Shown here: positions 13,510 to 23,233 of the stretch, in pieces
Position numbering within the stretch: the stretch's first letter is position 1
Layout of the letters: the number at the start of each line of letters is the position of its first letter
Assembly: GCF_032191835.1 (NCBI RefSeq)
Contig: NC_083224.1
Coordinates: forward strand, 122,760,001-122,824,000
Length of the DNA stretch: 64,000 nucleotides
Direction of reading: 5' to 3'
From: Heteronotia binoei
Taxonomy: Eukaryota
Position numbers and translations under genes: made by a program
The notes under the pieces: generated by a model
Told to the model about the DNA's origin: nothing
The model's input: only the letters and a program-made list of their open reading frames with translations
Database searches by the model: none

Positions 13510-14220
13510 CCTCATGCAACGGTCACCTCGAGACTGGATTACTGTAATGCCCTCTACATGGGGCTGCCTCTGTACCGAACCCGGAAGCTGCAGCTGGTGC
13601 AGAATGCGGCGGCTAGACTGTTGCTGGGGCTTCCTAAATGGGAGCACATACAGCCTGGACTGCGCGAGCTGCACTGGCTGCCAGTTACATACCGGGTTCG
13701 TTACAAAGTGCTGGTCATTACCTTTAAAGCCCTATATGGTCGAGGACCTGTCTACCTTAGGGACCGTCTCTCCCCATATGAACCCCAGAGAGCACTGAGG
13801 TCAGCCGGAAAAAACTTGTTGACTACTCCCGGACCGAGAGAGGTGAAGCTGCAATGTACCCGTAACCGGGCCTTCTCCTCTGTAGCCCCGAGCCTATGGA
13901 ATCAACTTCCAGAGGAAATGCGGGCCCTGCGGGACCTTGAACAATTCCGCAGGGCCTGCAAGACCTTCCTCTTCCGACTAGCTTTCGCTGACGAAGGAAG
14001 AAATTGTTAATGATAACCGCCATCCTAAAGAACAGTATTAGCACTTTTATTAACTTAATTAACTAATTTTAAACCTAATCAGAATTTTAATGCTTAAATG
14101 TAATTTTGTGTTTTTTGCTTTTTGTATAATTGAAATTTGTATGATGTTGTTAGCCGCCCTGAGCCTGCCTCGGCGGGGAGGGCGGGATACAAATAAAATT
14201 ATCTATCTATCTATCTATCT
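13510..14220 (+). mobile_element. L2-clade LINE 3' fragment, relatively young
   Basis: ORF 13411..14010 has HATVTSRLDYCNALYMGLP..LQLVQNAAARLL..LHWLP..FKALYG..RAFS..APSLWNQLP..FKTFLF-like C-terminus; 3' UTR ends AATAAAATT + (ATCT)n. Confidence 0.85.
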
Positions 14221-14686
14221 TCCTTCAGTGGGGCTCTGTTTATATAAGAGGCACTCTCTTCCCCGTTCTCACTGCAGCTCCTGACCTGTGTGGCTTTGGC
14301 TTCATACAGGTCCAAAACTCTGGGAATGGCTCAGGTGGGGGGGCAGGTTATGGGGAAGCCAGGAATATAGGCATAATGGATCCAATCCTCTATATTCTCA
14401 GTTTAGCCATTTCACTTAATACCTGAGTGCTAAGCCAAAAAGCAGAATTCCTTTTCCATACTTCATTGCTGAAACTAGTAGTGTAGGAAGTTTGAAATTA
14501 CATAATAGGATTCACAGCCTGATGCATTCAGTGTCTATATGTATTTACAGGACAAGAAAGGTAGACATTCTGAAGAATTTTGCAGCACCACTAGTTGTTT
14601 TAAGGTAAAATCAATTGTGCACAAGTAGACAATGAGGCAGGAGATGCCAGTTTTTGCCTCATACTGATCCAGACAATGAGCTAGAA

Positions 14687-15677
14687 CAGGCTCATAGCTA
14701 TGAGGGGGCCTCATGGGGCACAGCCCCCTGACTTATTTGTGAGGCCCCCTAACTTTCCAGCCCTATCTGGTCTCCTGACTTGCCCCCTGACTCTCCACGA
14801 TTCCAATCACACGTGGGAAGACCGGCAGAAGCAGTCGGTGGCTTCCCTGCCATTTAAAGGCCCCGCCGATCAGCTAATTGGCGGGCCCTTTAAATTGCAC
14901 TAGAGGCTGGAGGCTGCCTTAGCCATCCCTCTGGTGTGCAATATGAATGGTGCGCCGGGGGTGGGGGATGGAGGCAGTGGCAGGTGGCAACAGCAACAAG
15001 AAGGGAAGGGAAGCAAATCATGCTGGGTGTGCAATTTGAGTGGCCGGGAAAGCAGGAGGAGGCAGCGAGGGCAACAAGAAGGGAAGGGAATTGCGTTGGG
15101 TGTGCAATTTGAGTGATGGAGGAGGAGGGAAGGAGGAGGAGACTGTGACGGCAACGAGAAAGGAAAGGAAGGGAATCATGCCGGGTGTGCAATTTGAGTG
15201 GTGGAGGAGGTAGCGGCAGCAAAGAGAAGGAAAGGAAATCGTGCCAGAGGCTGTCTCAGCTGCCCCTCTGGTGTGCAATTTGAGTGCCAGAGGGAGGGAG
15301 GAAGAAGCAGCCGCAGCGATGACAAGACTCAGAAGGAACTTAGGAAGGGAAGGGAATTGCGTCAGAGGCTGCCTCAGCTGCCCCTCCAGTGGGCTATTTG
15401 AGTGGCGGAGAGGGAGGGAGGAGGAGGCAGTGGTGACAAGACTCAGAAGGAACTTAGGAAGGGAAGGGAATTGCGCCGGAGGCTGCCTCAACCACCCTTC
15501 CAGCACACAATTTCAGTGTCAGGGGAGAGGGAGGGAGGGGGCAGCGGGCAGGAAAGGAATGGAAGGGTGGTAAGGAAGGAATGCGGGATGGAAGGTGAAG
15601 GGAGTGAGGCCACTGAGTATGAAAATATTTGAGTCCTCCCCCAACCCCCCACTTCCCAAATCTTGGCTATGGGCCCG
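14687..15677. mobile_element. Non-autonomous hAT-type DNA transposon (991 bp) with internal repeats
   Basis: TIRs CAGGCTCATAGC / GCTATGGGCCCG; exact 8-bp TSD AGCTAGAA at 14679-14686 and 15678-15685; internal repeated motif GGTGTGCAATTTGAGTG. Confidence 0.8.
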
Positions 15678-15825
15678 AGCTAGAAACTCAAAGGTATAGG
15701 ACAATGTGAGATCTAAATTCTACTACACTGATCACATGGATCACCTTAGTCTTTCACCTAGTTATCATCCAATGTCACTTTGCCTGAAGAGAAAAGATCA
15801 CCACTCCCCTCACTGGACCCTAACC

Positions 15826-16040
15826 TGGATGGGCCAGACTAGCTGGATTCTGTTGGATACTGGAAGCTAAGCACAGTTGGTCCTGGTTAGTATTTGGACG
15901 GAAGATCAACAAAGAAGTCCATGGCTGCTACACAGAAGTAGGCCATGGCAAACCACTTCTGGTTGTCTCCTGCCTTGAAAACCCCATGACTGGACCACCA
16001 TAAGTCAGCTGTGACTTGATGGAACTTTCCACCACCACCA
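15826..16040 (+). mobile_element. 5S rRNA-derived SINE with BovB/Sauria-type tail, degraded
   Basis: Head GGAAGCTAAGCACAGTTGGTCCTGGTTAGTATTTGGACGG resembles the 5S internal promoter region; tail GGCAAACCAC...CCTTGAAAACCCCATG...CATAAGTC. Confidence 0.55.
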
Positions 16041-17641
16041 TCATCACCCCTCATTGGAACAAGAAAGTACTTTCAAAAGAGTTCAAATCCATTTACATGG
16101 ATATTACCAGTCATTAATACAGAGTTGAAAAGGGCAAAAACATCCTCCTTTTTGTGTGCACAGCCATTTTTATTTTGGCTCAACTACAGACATGTTTTCC
16201 CCCCACAGATCTGTCTTGTCTATATACAAAGTGTTACAGGCTCTATAGGGATTAGGCTTTTACTTGACTAGCAAAAATTAATATGGAAGAAAGGTACACA
16301 ACACTATACCATCCTTTCAGTTCAGTGCTCCAGACATTCTCTCTCCCCCTCAGAACCAGGAAGGGAGTGAAGTGCATGGAGAAAGCAACTGCAGGAAGAC
16401 AAGGAATGGAAGGGAGAGAAGTTTGACCCAGATGCTTTGTAAATGACTTGGGCAGATATATGAGTGATGGCCTTGTCACATCTTGTTCTTTCCTAAGGCA
16501 GCAGTAGGATTGATTAATGAGCCTTTCCTATGAGCTCTCATGCCTATGAGGGTCTGTCCAACAGGCAGTATCAGTGCCCTTCACTGAAAATACACTAAAA
16601 TGTCTTAAATAAATGACCCACATTTAGCTGTAAAGTACAATGATAGAAGAAATAGTTCCTTGTCATTCTAGAGTATTTCTGAAGCTCTGGGAGTATGTGT
16701 GCACGTATGTATGATATTATGCCATGTGATGTCTCTAGAAAGCTCAAGGATATAGCTGTCTCTAGAAAGCTCAAGGATAACTAAGAAAATCTAATTGAAA
16801 GGAAGAATGCTATCCAAGTCTTTCTGACTAGATGAAAAATACTCCAGTCAATTCCGCATAGCTGTGGAATGAAGTTAAGTTGCAAAACCTGAATATATAA
16901 ACTTTTGAATCCACAAAAACCACAGTACTTCTAAAAAAGAGTAATCTTTAGAACTCCAATATTATTCAACACTCAGCTAAGGCCCCTGAAAATGCATGAT
17001 TTCTTTTGTGTGGAAATACTTCATTATCAAAACCTTTAACATGTTTTCTATGAAATAGTCAGATAATTATTCAGAGACAGAGATAAGAGATTGAAAATAT
17101 AATTATTATGAAGTTGAAGACTGAGGTAATTAATGAAAGACAGCAGTAAAACAACTTGTATTCCAGACACACTGCGCAAATGTATATTGCAAGTTTTCGC
17201 TGTTAATTCTATACACTGCCAGATCGTCTGTAAAAAAGTTAGATGGTTTACACAAGATCAGTACCAGAGGTGCAGATAATACAGTATTTGAAATTATTAA
17301 AATAAAATTCTACAGCATTACAGGACAGTATAGCTCCTTTAACATACCAAATATTTGGAAATGGTATTAAATATGATAAATTACAAGTGCTAGATCACAA
17401 GATTACATTCCAGCACAACTCATTTCTCTTCTTTTTAGTAAGCAAAAGAAAATAAAATAAGCTAAAGGAAAATCATCTACATATATTTGTGAAAGATGTA
17501 AAAAAGATGGATCCATGAAGATCCAAATTTACTGAGAGAAAAAAACCATACCATGTAAGACATAAATTAATAAATCAAGAATTTTACTTGGCCAACAACC
17601 AGAAAAATTCTGCAGTAACTAGAAAAGAATGTTCAACTAAC

Positions 17642-17777
17642 CATTTGATAGACCATGTCTGTGCTCTTGTACATTATTGCTTCTGGGAGTTGAAAATGGA
17701 CTGATTAGGCGTGTTCCTGTAGTTGGTGAATAAGACTTGCAATTTTTCTTTCTCCTCTGCAGTGGAGTTGTGGGTTC
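17642..17777 (-). CDS. ITGB3BP: ITGB3BP coding exon 3, 136 nt, EPTTPLQRRKKNCKSYSPTTGTRLISPFSTPRSNNVQEHRHGLSN(G)
   Basis: ttttag|GAA...G|gttag; contains the conserved CENP-R motif RKK..YSPTTGT and HRxGLSN. Confidence 0.95.
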
Positions 17778-19513
17778 CTAAAACAACAATAAAAGTGGCA
17801 TGAGGAAAATGCAGTGAAAGGCACATTTTCCCTTTCAGATTTAATCACCTACATTGCAGCCTTTCTATGTTAATCTGAAGGAAAGTGCTATAATTCTCTC
17901 TAGAATAAGGGAGGGCATCATGCATCTCTTGCTGCATTTCAGGTGACCCACAGACTCTGGATTAAGTCCCAAGAACTCCAGTTTTCACAAAGTAAACTAT
18001 GTTTCCAGTCTTCATGGGAAAAAATATGGGTCTGAGGCTTAGGCATAGTAGCCAAACTTTTTTTTAAAATGCAGATTTTCAAGGATGTGTGGTTAAATGG
18101 TTGTAATTTTTTTGGGGGGGAGGGGGGGGGTTGAATAAAACATTTGGCATTTAGCAATTCCTGACTTTAAAAAGCAGAAGGGTGTAACACCTATGGCTGT
18201 CGATTACATTATTGAACATTATGGAAAAATCAAAATAAATGAATTATTTTCAGTTCTTTAGTTCTAGTATCTTTTTAAAATAACCTGTGAGGTAAACAAT
18301 GAAGCGTAAACAAATTCTAAACCAACATTAATGAGGTATAGTTTGGGTAAATTTTCAGCTATCTTAATTATACTTCACATTTCTATGTGGAATAAATTTT
18401 GCAAACTGCATTTGTAGTCACTCCAATTTGCAAGTTTACAATACATTTTCATTCATTTCAGCAGTGTGTGGCAAAAGTGGGCTGCAATCCACAAAGAAAG
18501 GCCTAATATAGACATTATTAGTAGAGCATTTCCACTGCTTCCACTGGATTAAGGAATCACATCCAAAGGAACCATGTTGACACCACACGCCCCCTTGGGA
18601 CACATACTATTTATGTATGTTCCTCAATTAGATTTTTTTCAGCTGTATAATTTGGATTAAGTCTAAGTGGTATGCAAATCAAGTTCAAGACCTTTAATGG
18701 CATAATAAAATAATAAATAAAAATACAAACAGGAACTAAAATGAAAGAAGCAATTAAGACAATGTCACTGAGAAAGAAAAAAGAGATTTTTTTTCAGCTG
18801 TATAATTTGGTTCAAGTCTAAGTGGTATGCAGATCAGAAAGCTACACAGTCATGAGTTCATATATTTAGAAGACTTCTGTTTGCAGAAGACTATGTACTG
18901 AGAAAATACTTTGTGTATTCCAAGTATGAAAGCAAATCAGCTCATTTCAGATTAAATAATATTTTTGTGCCCCTTCTGAACACTTCCCACTTAAAAAAAA
19001 CATTATTCTCCCAGAACTCTTATTTTTACATGGCAGCTACTTCCCATAAAAAGATGTGTTATTCTCTAGGTTTATGTGGAAGCACTATTCTTAAATCCCA
19101 GATGTATACATTTGTAAACTGCTGTTCTGACAGCTCAAGCAGATTAATTATATATTATCTAATAAAATAAAGAATATCCACAAATACATGGAAAACTGAC
19201 ATTCTTTGCACAATCTCCTACAATCTCATCTGATTAACAGCAGACTCCTATAAATTTTCCATTTTAATTTATTTACAAAAGTCTTACAGCACTTTTAAAA
19301 AGGCAGACATCATCCCTGTCTTATTAAAGGCAACTATACAGGTGAAAACTCTCTGCAATACCTTTACCTACTCTGTTTGTGTCTCCCCTACATGCATCCT
19401 CAGAATTGCACATATAAACTGTTTCTGGGAAACCTGTAACACTATTCAGCTTTATATTTTCTTTCCTTTTTGCTATTTAACAATTGCATTAATCTTGAGA
19501 AAAAAGTATTTAC

Positions 19514-19911
19514 TGTCGGAGCGGGAGTAGCAGAGTGAGGGAGATGACTTGCCCGACACAGGGCTTCAGGAAAGAAAATCAGGCAGACACGTGCAACTAG
19601 TGCCAAAAGGTGTATTAACATATATACACAACAAGTGCTCTCTTGTGCAGTCTATACAATATCACCTCCACGGACAAAGTGCTTCGCCTAACCACCATCT
19701 CACAGGGAGAGACCTGTGTGATGCACACACAGATCATATATAGTCCAAGCAGCCAATCCTGGCCATGCTGACTCAGCAGATTGCATCACTTGGCTTCTGC
19801 CGGCTCAAGCCGGTCTGCTGATCAGGTCACTGTGACCTAGCCTGGCAGCTAGATCGCCAGCTGTCATACTGTGGCTGTCAGACTGGGTTTATGTAGATTC
19901 TTGCTCCAACA
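19514..19911 (-). repeat. 3' LTR of the copia element
   Basis: Direct repeat of 22836-23233, TG...CA ends, preceded on the minus strand by a polypurine tract (19912-19928). Confidence 0.95.
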
Positions 19912-19997
19912 CACCTCCTAATCTATTTAAACCCAGTATACCCAAAACACTTTACACAGTTTACATACATGTCCACCAGCAACATTACAGTTCATAT

Positions 19998-22658
19998 TTA
20001 CGTAGCTCGGAACCCTTTCCGGAATTCGTTCAGGAACTCATCATGATTGTAAAACACATCATCGTGTTCCTGTTCAGCCAGCTCTTTCAGACGCTTGGCT
20101 TCAGCCTCCTTCTCCCTTGCCTCGCACTCTGCCACCCAGGCTTTCCATTTCTTAGCCTTTTCTTTTAACATTTCCTCTAATCCGGGTGGGTCTGGATTGA
20201 CAGTCAGAGTGACATAGGGACACTTGTACCTAGCGGGACGTTGGCCTTTGGTGGACCTGGCAGACACCCGTGGCCCTGTGCTTGGACCAGCTTTGTCTTC
20301 TTCGGGTTGCTCTGTTCCCACCTCCTGGGCTGGTTGCTCTGCCCCTGTAATTGGGTGTTGAACCTCCTGACTCTCACACTTTACCTCCAGTTCCTGCATT
20401 TGAGGCTCTGCCTCCTGACTCTGCTCGTCGGGCTCTGTGCCAGCATTCGGCTCACCTTCTCCAGCCCCACTGGGTGCCACCTCCTGGGCTGGAGTTCTGG
20501 GCTGCGCTCCAACATCGTTATCGCTACTTGGCAGCAGGACAAATTGTTTCTGCAAGGAGTGCAACCTTGGCCAGCTGCTCTCTTCATTGAACTGGGCACT
20601 CTGACTAAGTGTTATCTTGCTTTTGCTATTGCAGAAACGATAACACCTGGCCCTTGGCTTGTAGCCCAGAAAAATTAGGCTCTCTGCCCGGACATCCCCC
20701 TCCCCGCTACTCGTGGAGTGGATGCCAACCCGAGCCCGTGACCCAAAGACTTTTAAAGAACTCAAATCTGGGGTCTTGTTCAACAGTAACCTGTAAGGCA
20801 CATTTTTCACAGTATTACACCAAACCCTATTTTGCAAAAAAACAGCTGCATGTATGGTTTCTGCCCAATAGGTCATTGGCAGTTGTGCATCCTCTAACAT
20901 GCAATACATCACATTCTGCAATACAGCCCCATGCCCATTTTCTCGGGGCGTTGCCGGGTTCGTCAGACGGTGGGCAATGCCCTTGTTCTCCAGCCAACGT
21001 TTCATCTGGTTAGATAAGAATTCCCCCCCTCTGTCGGTTTGTACAGCTAGGAGATTAACCCCTAATTGTCTCTCCACTGCTTTGACCCACTTGGTGAATG
21101 TCTTATACACCTCAGACTTATGCACCATGGTGAAAACCCACGCGTACCTCGTGTGGTCGTCGGTGGCCACCAAGCAGTATCTCCTCCCCGACAGACTCTT
21201 TGGCAATGGGCCAATAACGTCTAAATGGACTAGTTCCAGGGCTCGTGTGCTTTCCCTTGAGCTTTCTTTAGCAACAGCACACGCCTTGCTTTTGGTCTTC
21301 TTGCAGACCTGGCAATCCAAGTAACATTTGCAAGGATTTACTTTCAAACTAGGCACAAGCTCCAGGGTTTTCTTTAACGCCCTAAATCCGCAGTGCCCAA
21401 GTCTCCTATGGAGCAAATGTATACAATTATTGTGCACAGGCTCATTCGACACCTGAGCCACCTGGGCACAATCACTCTGGACCACATACAGTTTACCTTC
21501 CCTCTTTCCTGTCACAAGCAACTTTCCCCCACCTCCCAGGATTTTGCAGCAGGTTTTCTCAAATCTCACCTGGTATCCCTGGTCAAACAGTGTGCTAACA
21601 CTCAACAGGTTAGACTGCAGTGAGGGTACATACAACACATTTTGCAACATACATTTCAGTGCAGGAAATTCCACATTGCCTGAGCAAACAGAATTGGCAG
21701 TGGTCCCATCAGCCAATCTCACATACTTATGCTCAGGACTGTCAATGTTTTTCAACAACTCCTTCTCGCAGCAGAGATGGCTCGTTGCCCCGGAGTCTAA
21801 AATCCAAGCAGACCCTGTGCTCTCTACTGCAGACGTGACCAGCCGGGTTGCTTCCTCACACGGGCTGGCGGTCCTCCGCTCTCGCCGCACACGCCCCCGC
21901 CTCTTCTCCCTCTCAGGGCAAGCTCGGAGCAGGTGCTGCGACGACCCGCATCCATAGCAGCGACGGACTGCAAACGCAGTCGGCTCCACTTCCTCCACCT
22001 TCGGACGCCTGCCAGCAGCAGAAGCTGGCTCATTCTTGGCTGTCTTCCCGGACACACCGATAACAGCACGCTGCCCGGCCGACACCCCCGGACAGCTCAC
22101 GGCCGCAATTCTCTCTTGGAAGTCAAGCAGGTGGGCACAGACGTATTCCATGGTCAGGGTCGCTACGTCCACCGTCTCCAGAGAAGTTATCAGGGGAGTG
22201 TACTCAGGTGGCAACGACGACAGCAAAATGTACACTCTGTCGTCTGGAGCTACAGTCTTGCCTCTTGCCTCCAGCTCAACGAAACAGTCCGTTAGCCGTT
22301 TGATGTGATCTTTCACACACCCTCCAGCCGGCATAACGGTGCGGAACATCCTCCTTGTCAAGGCCATGAGGGAACCAGCAGTGGTGCTAACATGCACCGC
22401 ACTCAACGCGTCCCAGGCAGCCTTGGGAGTGTCCTTCCCTCGCACATAAACCAGCTGGTCATCTCCTATAGATAGCACTATGTTGGCCAGTGCCTTATCC
22501 GATAACACAGTCTCGGCAGGAGATAAGTCAGCAGGGGGGTTACTCACGAACAGCCATTGCCCTTCACGCTTGAGGTAGTGTTGCATTCTCAGGCTCCACA
22601 CCGCGTAGTTGGCTGAGGTGAGCTTCTCAACGGCTACTCCAAGCTGTTGCTGAGCCAT
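19998..22658 (-). CDS. Copia Gag-protease-integrase polyprotein (886 aa), no RT/RNase H
   Basis: Gag N-terminus (KLTSANYAVWSLRMQHYL), UBN2-like capsid region, CCHC knuckle CYGCGSSQHLLRAC, protease WILDSGATSHL, HHCC region LHRRLGH..CQVC, integrase HLDVIGP/QTDRGGEF, SH3-like FLGY; no YVDD motif or RNase H. Confidence 0.9.
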   Translation of the reverse strand: MAQQQLGVAVEKLTSANYAVWSLRMQHYLKREGQWLFVSNPPADLSPAETVLSDKALANIVLSIGDDQLVYVRGKDTPKAAWDALSAVHVSTTAGSLMALTRRMFRTVMPAGGCVKDHIKRLTDCFVELEARGKTVAPDDRVYILLSSLPPEYTPLITSLETVDVATLTMEYVCAHLLDFQERIAAVSCPGVSAGQRAVIGVSGKTAKNEPASAAGRRPKVEEVEPTAFAVRRCYGCGSSQHLLRACPEREKRRGRVRRERRTASPCEEATRLVTSAVESTGSAWILDSGATSHLCCEKELLKNIDSPEHKYVRLADGTTANSVCSGNVEFPALKCMLQNVLYVPSLQSNLLSVSTLFDQGYQVRFEKTCCKILGGGGKLLVTGKREGKLYVVQSDCAQVAQVSNEPVHNNCIHLLHRRLGHCGFRALKKTLELVPSLKVNPCKCYLDCQVCKKTKSKACAVAKESSRESTRALELVHLDVIGPLPKSLSGRRYCLVATDDHTRYAWVFTMVHKSEVYKTFTKWVKAVERQLGVNLLAVQTDRGGEFLSNQMKRWLENKGIAHRLTNPATPRENGHGAVLQNVMYCMLEDAQLPMTYWAETIHAAVFLQNRVWCNTVKNVPYRLLLNKTPDLSSLKVFGSRARVGIHSTSSGEGDVRAESLIFLGYKPRARCYRFCNSKSKITLSQSAQFNEESSWPRLHSLQKQFVLLPSSDNDVGAQPRTPAQEVAPSGAGEGEPNAGTEPDEQSQEAEPQMQELEVKCESQEVQHPITGAEQPAQEVGTEQPEEDKAGPSTGPRVSARSTKGQRPARYKCPYVTLTVNPDPPGLEEMLKEKAKKWKAWVAECEAREKEAEAKRLKELAEQEHDDVFYNHDEFLNEFRKGFRAT

Positions 22659-22821
22659 CGTGCCGACTCCTCCTCACAGCTGGCTGCCGACGTCCCTCTG
22701 GCTCTCAAACAGAGAACGGTGGTGCTTCTGTGTCCTTCACCGGCGTTCCTCGCCTCCGGCTCTTTCCAAACTCACAGTCAGCTCAACTCTCAACTCTCTC
22801 CTCCGCGCAGCGGAACCGCCC

Positions 22822-22835
22822 TGGGCCCATAACCC
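22822..22835 (-). promoter_or_regulatory. Primer-binding site of the copia element (half-tRNA-iMet type)
   Basis: Minus strand reads GGTTATGGGCCCAG immediately after the 5' LTR, the PBS sequence known from Drosophila copia. Confidence 0.85.
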
Positions 22836-23233
22836 TGTCGGAGCGGGAGTAGCAGAGTGAGGGAGATGACTTGCCCGACACAGGGCTTCAGGAAAGAAAA
22901 TCAGGCAGACACGTGCAACTAGTGCCAAAAGGTGTATTAACATATATACACAACAAGTGCTCTCTTGTGCAGTCTATACAATATCACCTCCACGGACAAA
23001 GTGCTTCGCCTAACCACCATCTCACAGGGAGAGACCTGTGTGATGCACACACAGATCATATATAGTCCAAGCAGCCAATCCTGGCCATGCTGACTCAGCA
23101 GATTGCATCACTTGGCTTCTGCCGGCTCAAGCCGGTCTGCTGATCAGGTCACTGTGACCTAGCCTGGCAGCTAGATCGCCAGCTGTCATACTGTGGCTGT
23201 CAGACTGGGTTTATGTAGATTCTTGCTCCAACA
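22836..23233 (-). repeat. 5' LTR of the copia element
   Basis: Direct repeat of 19514-19911; contains TGCTGAGTCAGCA, ATTGG and TATATA in that order on the minus strand. Confidence 0.95.

Larger units (their letters stand above)
19514..23233 (-). mobile_element. Ty1/copia LTR retrotransposon lacking RT and RNase H (3,720 bp)
   Basis: Two 398-bp TG...CA LTRs (19514-19911, 22836-23233) with no difference found on manual comparison; 5-bp TSD TTTAC (19509-19513, 23234-23238); PBS GGTTATGGGCCCAG; PPT AAATAGATTAGGAGGTG; domain order gag-PR-IN. Confidence 0.95.

Noticed and set aside
14930-15480. Regularly spaced short repeats resembling a CRISPR array
   Set aside because: Eukaryotic intron, degenerate repeats, spacers similar to one another, no cas genes, and the array lies inside a TIR/TSD-bounded transposon.
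15840-15910. 5S rRNA-like sequence
   Set aside because: Partial, diverged and fused to a SINE tail; not a 5S rRNA gene.
20241-22308. Several plus-strand ORFs overlapping the copia ORF
   Set aside because: Short antisense shadows of a GC-rich coding frame with no recognisable motifs.
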